From: Carcharhinus amblyrhynchos
Taxonomy: Eukaryota
Direction: 5' to 3'
Length of the DNA stretch: 64,000 nt
NCBI GenBank assembly: GCA_965287045.1
Contig: OZ336873.1
Location: 106,020,001-106,084,000 of the forward strand
Below are positions 62,995 through 64,000 of the stretch, piece by piece. The notes beneath the pieces are model-generated. The model did not search any database. It saw nothing but the letters and a program-made list of their open reading frames with translations, and was not told the origin of the DNA. Position numbers and translations under genes: made by a program. How positions within the stretch are numbered: position 1 is the stretch's first letter; each line of letters opens with the position of its first letter.

Positions 62995-64000
62995 TTATGA
63001 TAATTCTTATCATAAACTTCTATAAATCATTAATTTAGCACACAGATAAAAGTTGGACCATTGAATCTCATCCTTTGAGTCTCCTTTGTGAGAAATATCT
63101 TTTAAGGTCAAGCAATCTTTTGTTTTGATTGTTTTAATGCCAAGGCTCTTTTCTCTTGAATGTGCCTTTGAAAAAGTAGCTTGGAAAGGAACTAGATTGG
63201 AATAACTAACAATTGTCTGAATTGAGCTTACTGTTGGAGGGAGAGAAACCCAACAAATCCTCCAGGGTTTGAGTTTCATCACATTGCAGCACTAAATATT
63301 GCTGCCAGCAATGGCCTAGCTCTTGATAAATTATGTTGCACGTATATTTTTAAAATTGCAAGATATTTTGTTGTGACTGTTAATTGTAGAAGATTGACTG
63401 AGCCAAATGGAGTTAAACTACTCCAGTGAAAGCTTTAATTGGCCTAGTATTGAATTTGTACAGACACCAGGAAGTCTGAGCAACTTGATTGTCACTCATC
63501 ATCCAGAAAAGACAGCCAAAAGCATTTAGACAACACTATTATTGAAAGCTGATTGTACAAAATGCAGAGTATTCATTCTTATTATGCATTCTTTATGGAA
63601 TAAAATTATATAACTTTTATACTTTGAAATTAAAGCATTTCCCTAATATATTAACAAATTAGATATTCAAAGGAAAAATACTGCAACTTAAAGTCATTGT
63701 TCAAGTGACCCCCTTGGTGAATGCATACATTGAAAGTTGAGCTATGCAGACCAGAAGAATTCCAATTAGTTTATCTGATTCAATTGGGAAAACAGTAAAT
63801 GTAATTTATACATGGTTAGTGAAAGAACACTATCCTCCCCACTCCTAATTATTATCCAGCAATATCCTGCTGGAAGTGTGCATGTGAGGATGTTAGTTAA
63901 GGATCTGACTTAATTCTGATGCGTTATTTTGTTAATGTTGCTTATAACCACTCATTTTGTATGAATTAAAGATTCCTGGTTAGACTACTGTGTTAATTGT

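Overview
AT-rich, repeat-dense vertebrate DNA with no host protein-coding exon I can support. The ORF-track entries are transposon remnants or chance ORFs. The repeat content indicates a shark (elasmobranch) intron or gene desert. It includes 13 HE1/V-SINE-like tRNA SINEs with two alternative 3' tails, Deu-domain and other tRNA SINEs, CR1, L2 and Rex1/Babar-type LINE fragments, and GC-rich TIR-bearing non-autonomous DNA elements (probably PIF/Harbinger-like). The most interesting signal is two families of Penelope-like retroelement (PLE) terminal repeats, here called P1 and P2. Each carries a minimal type-I hammerhead ribozyme motif and is physically linked in this window to a GIY-YIG endonuclease remnant. 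They also occur as short (130-210 bp) solo or fold-back insertions with 10-12 bp target-site duplications (TSDs). One hammerhead (32463-32500, minus strand) has an intact core and a covarying stem II. Other notable features are a 121-bp inverted duplication, a 38-bp-stem hairpin, a template-switch palindrome inside a SINE, a minisatellite and several candidate conserved non-coding enhancers. All family names come from recalled consensus and motifs, not database searches.
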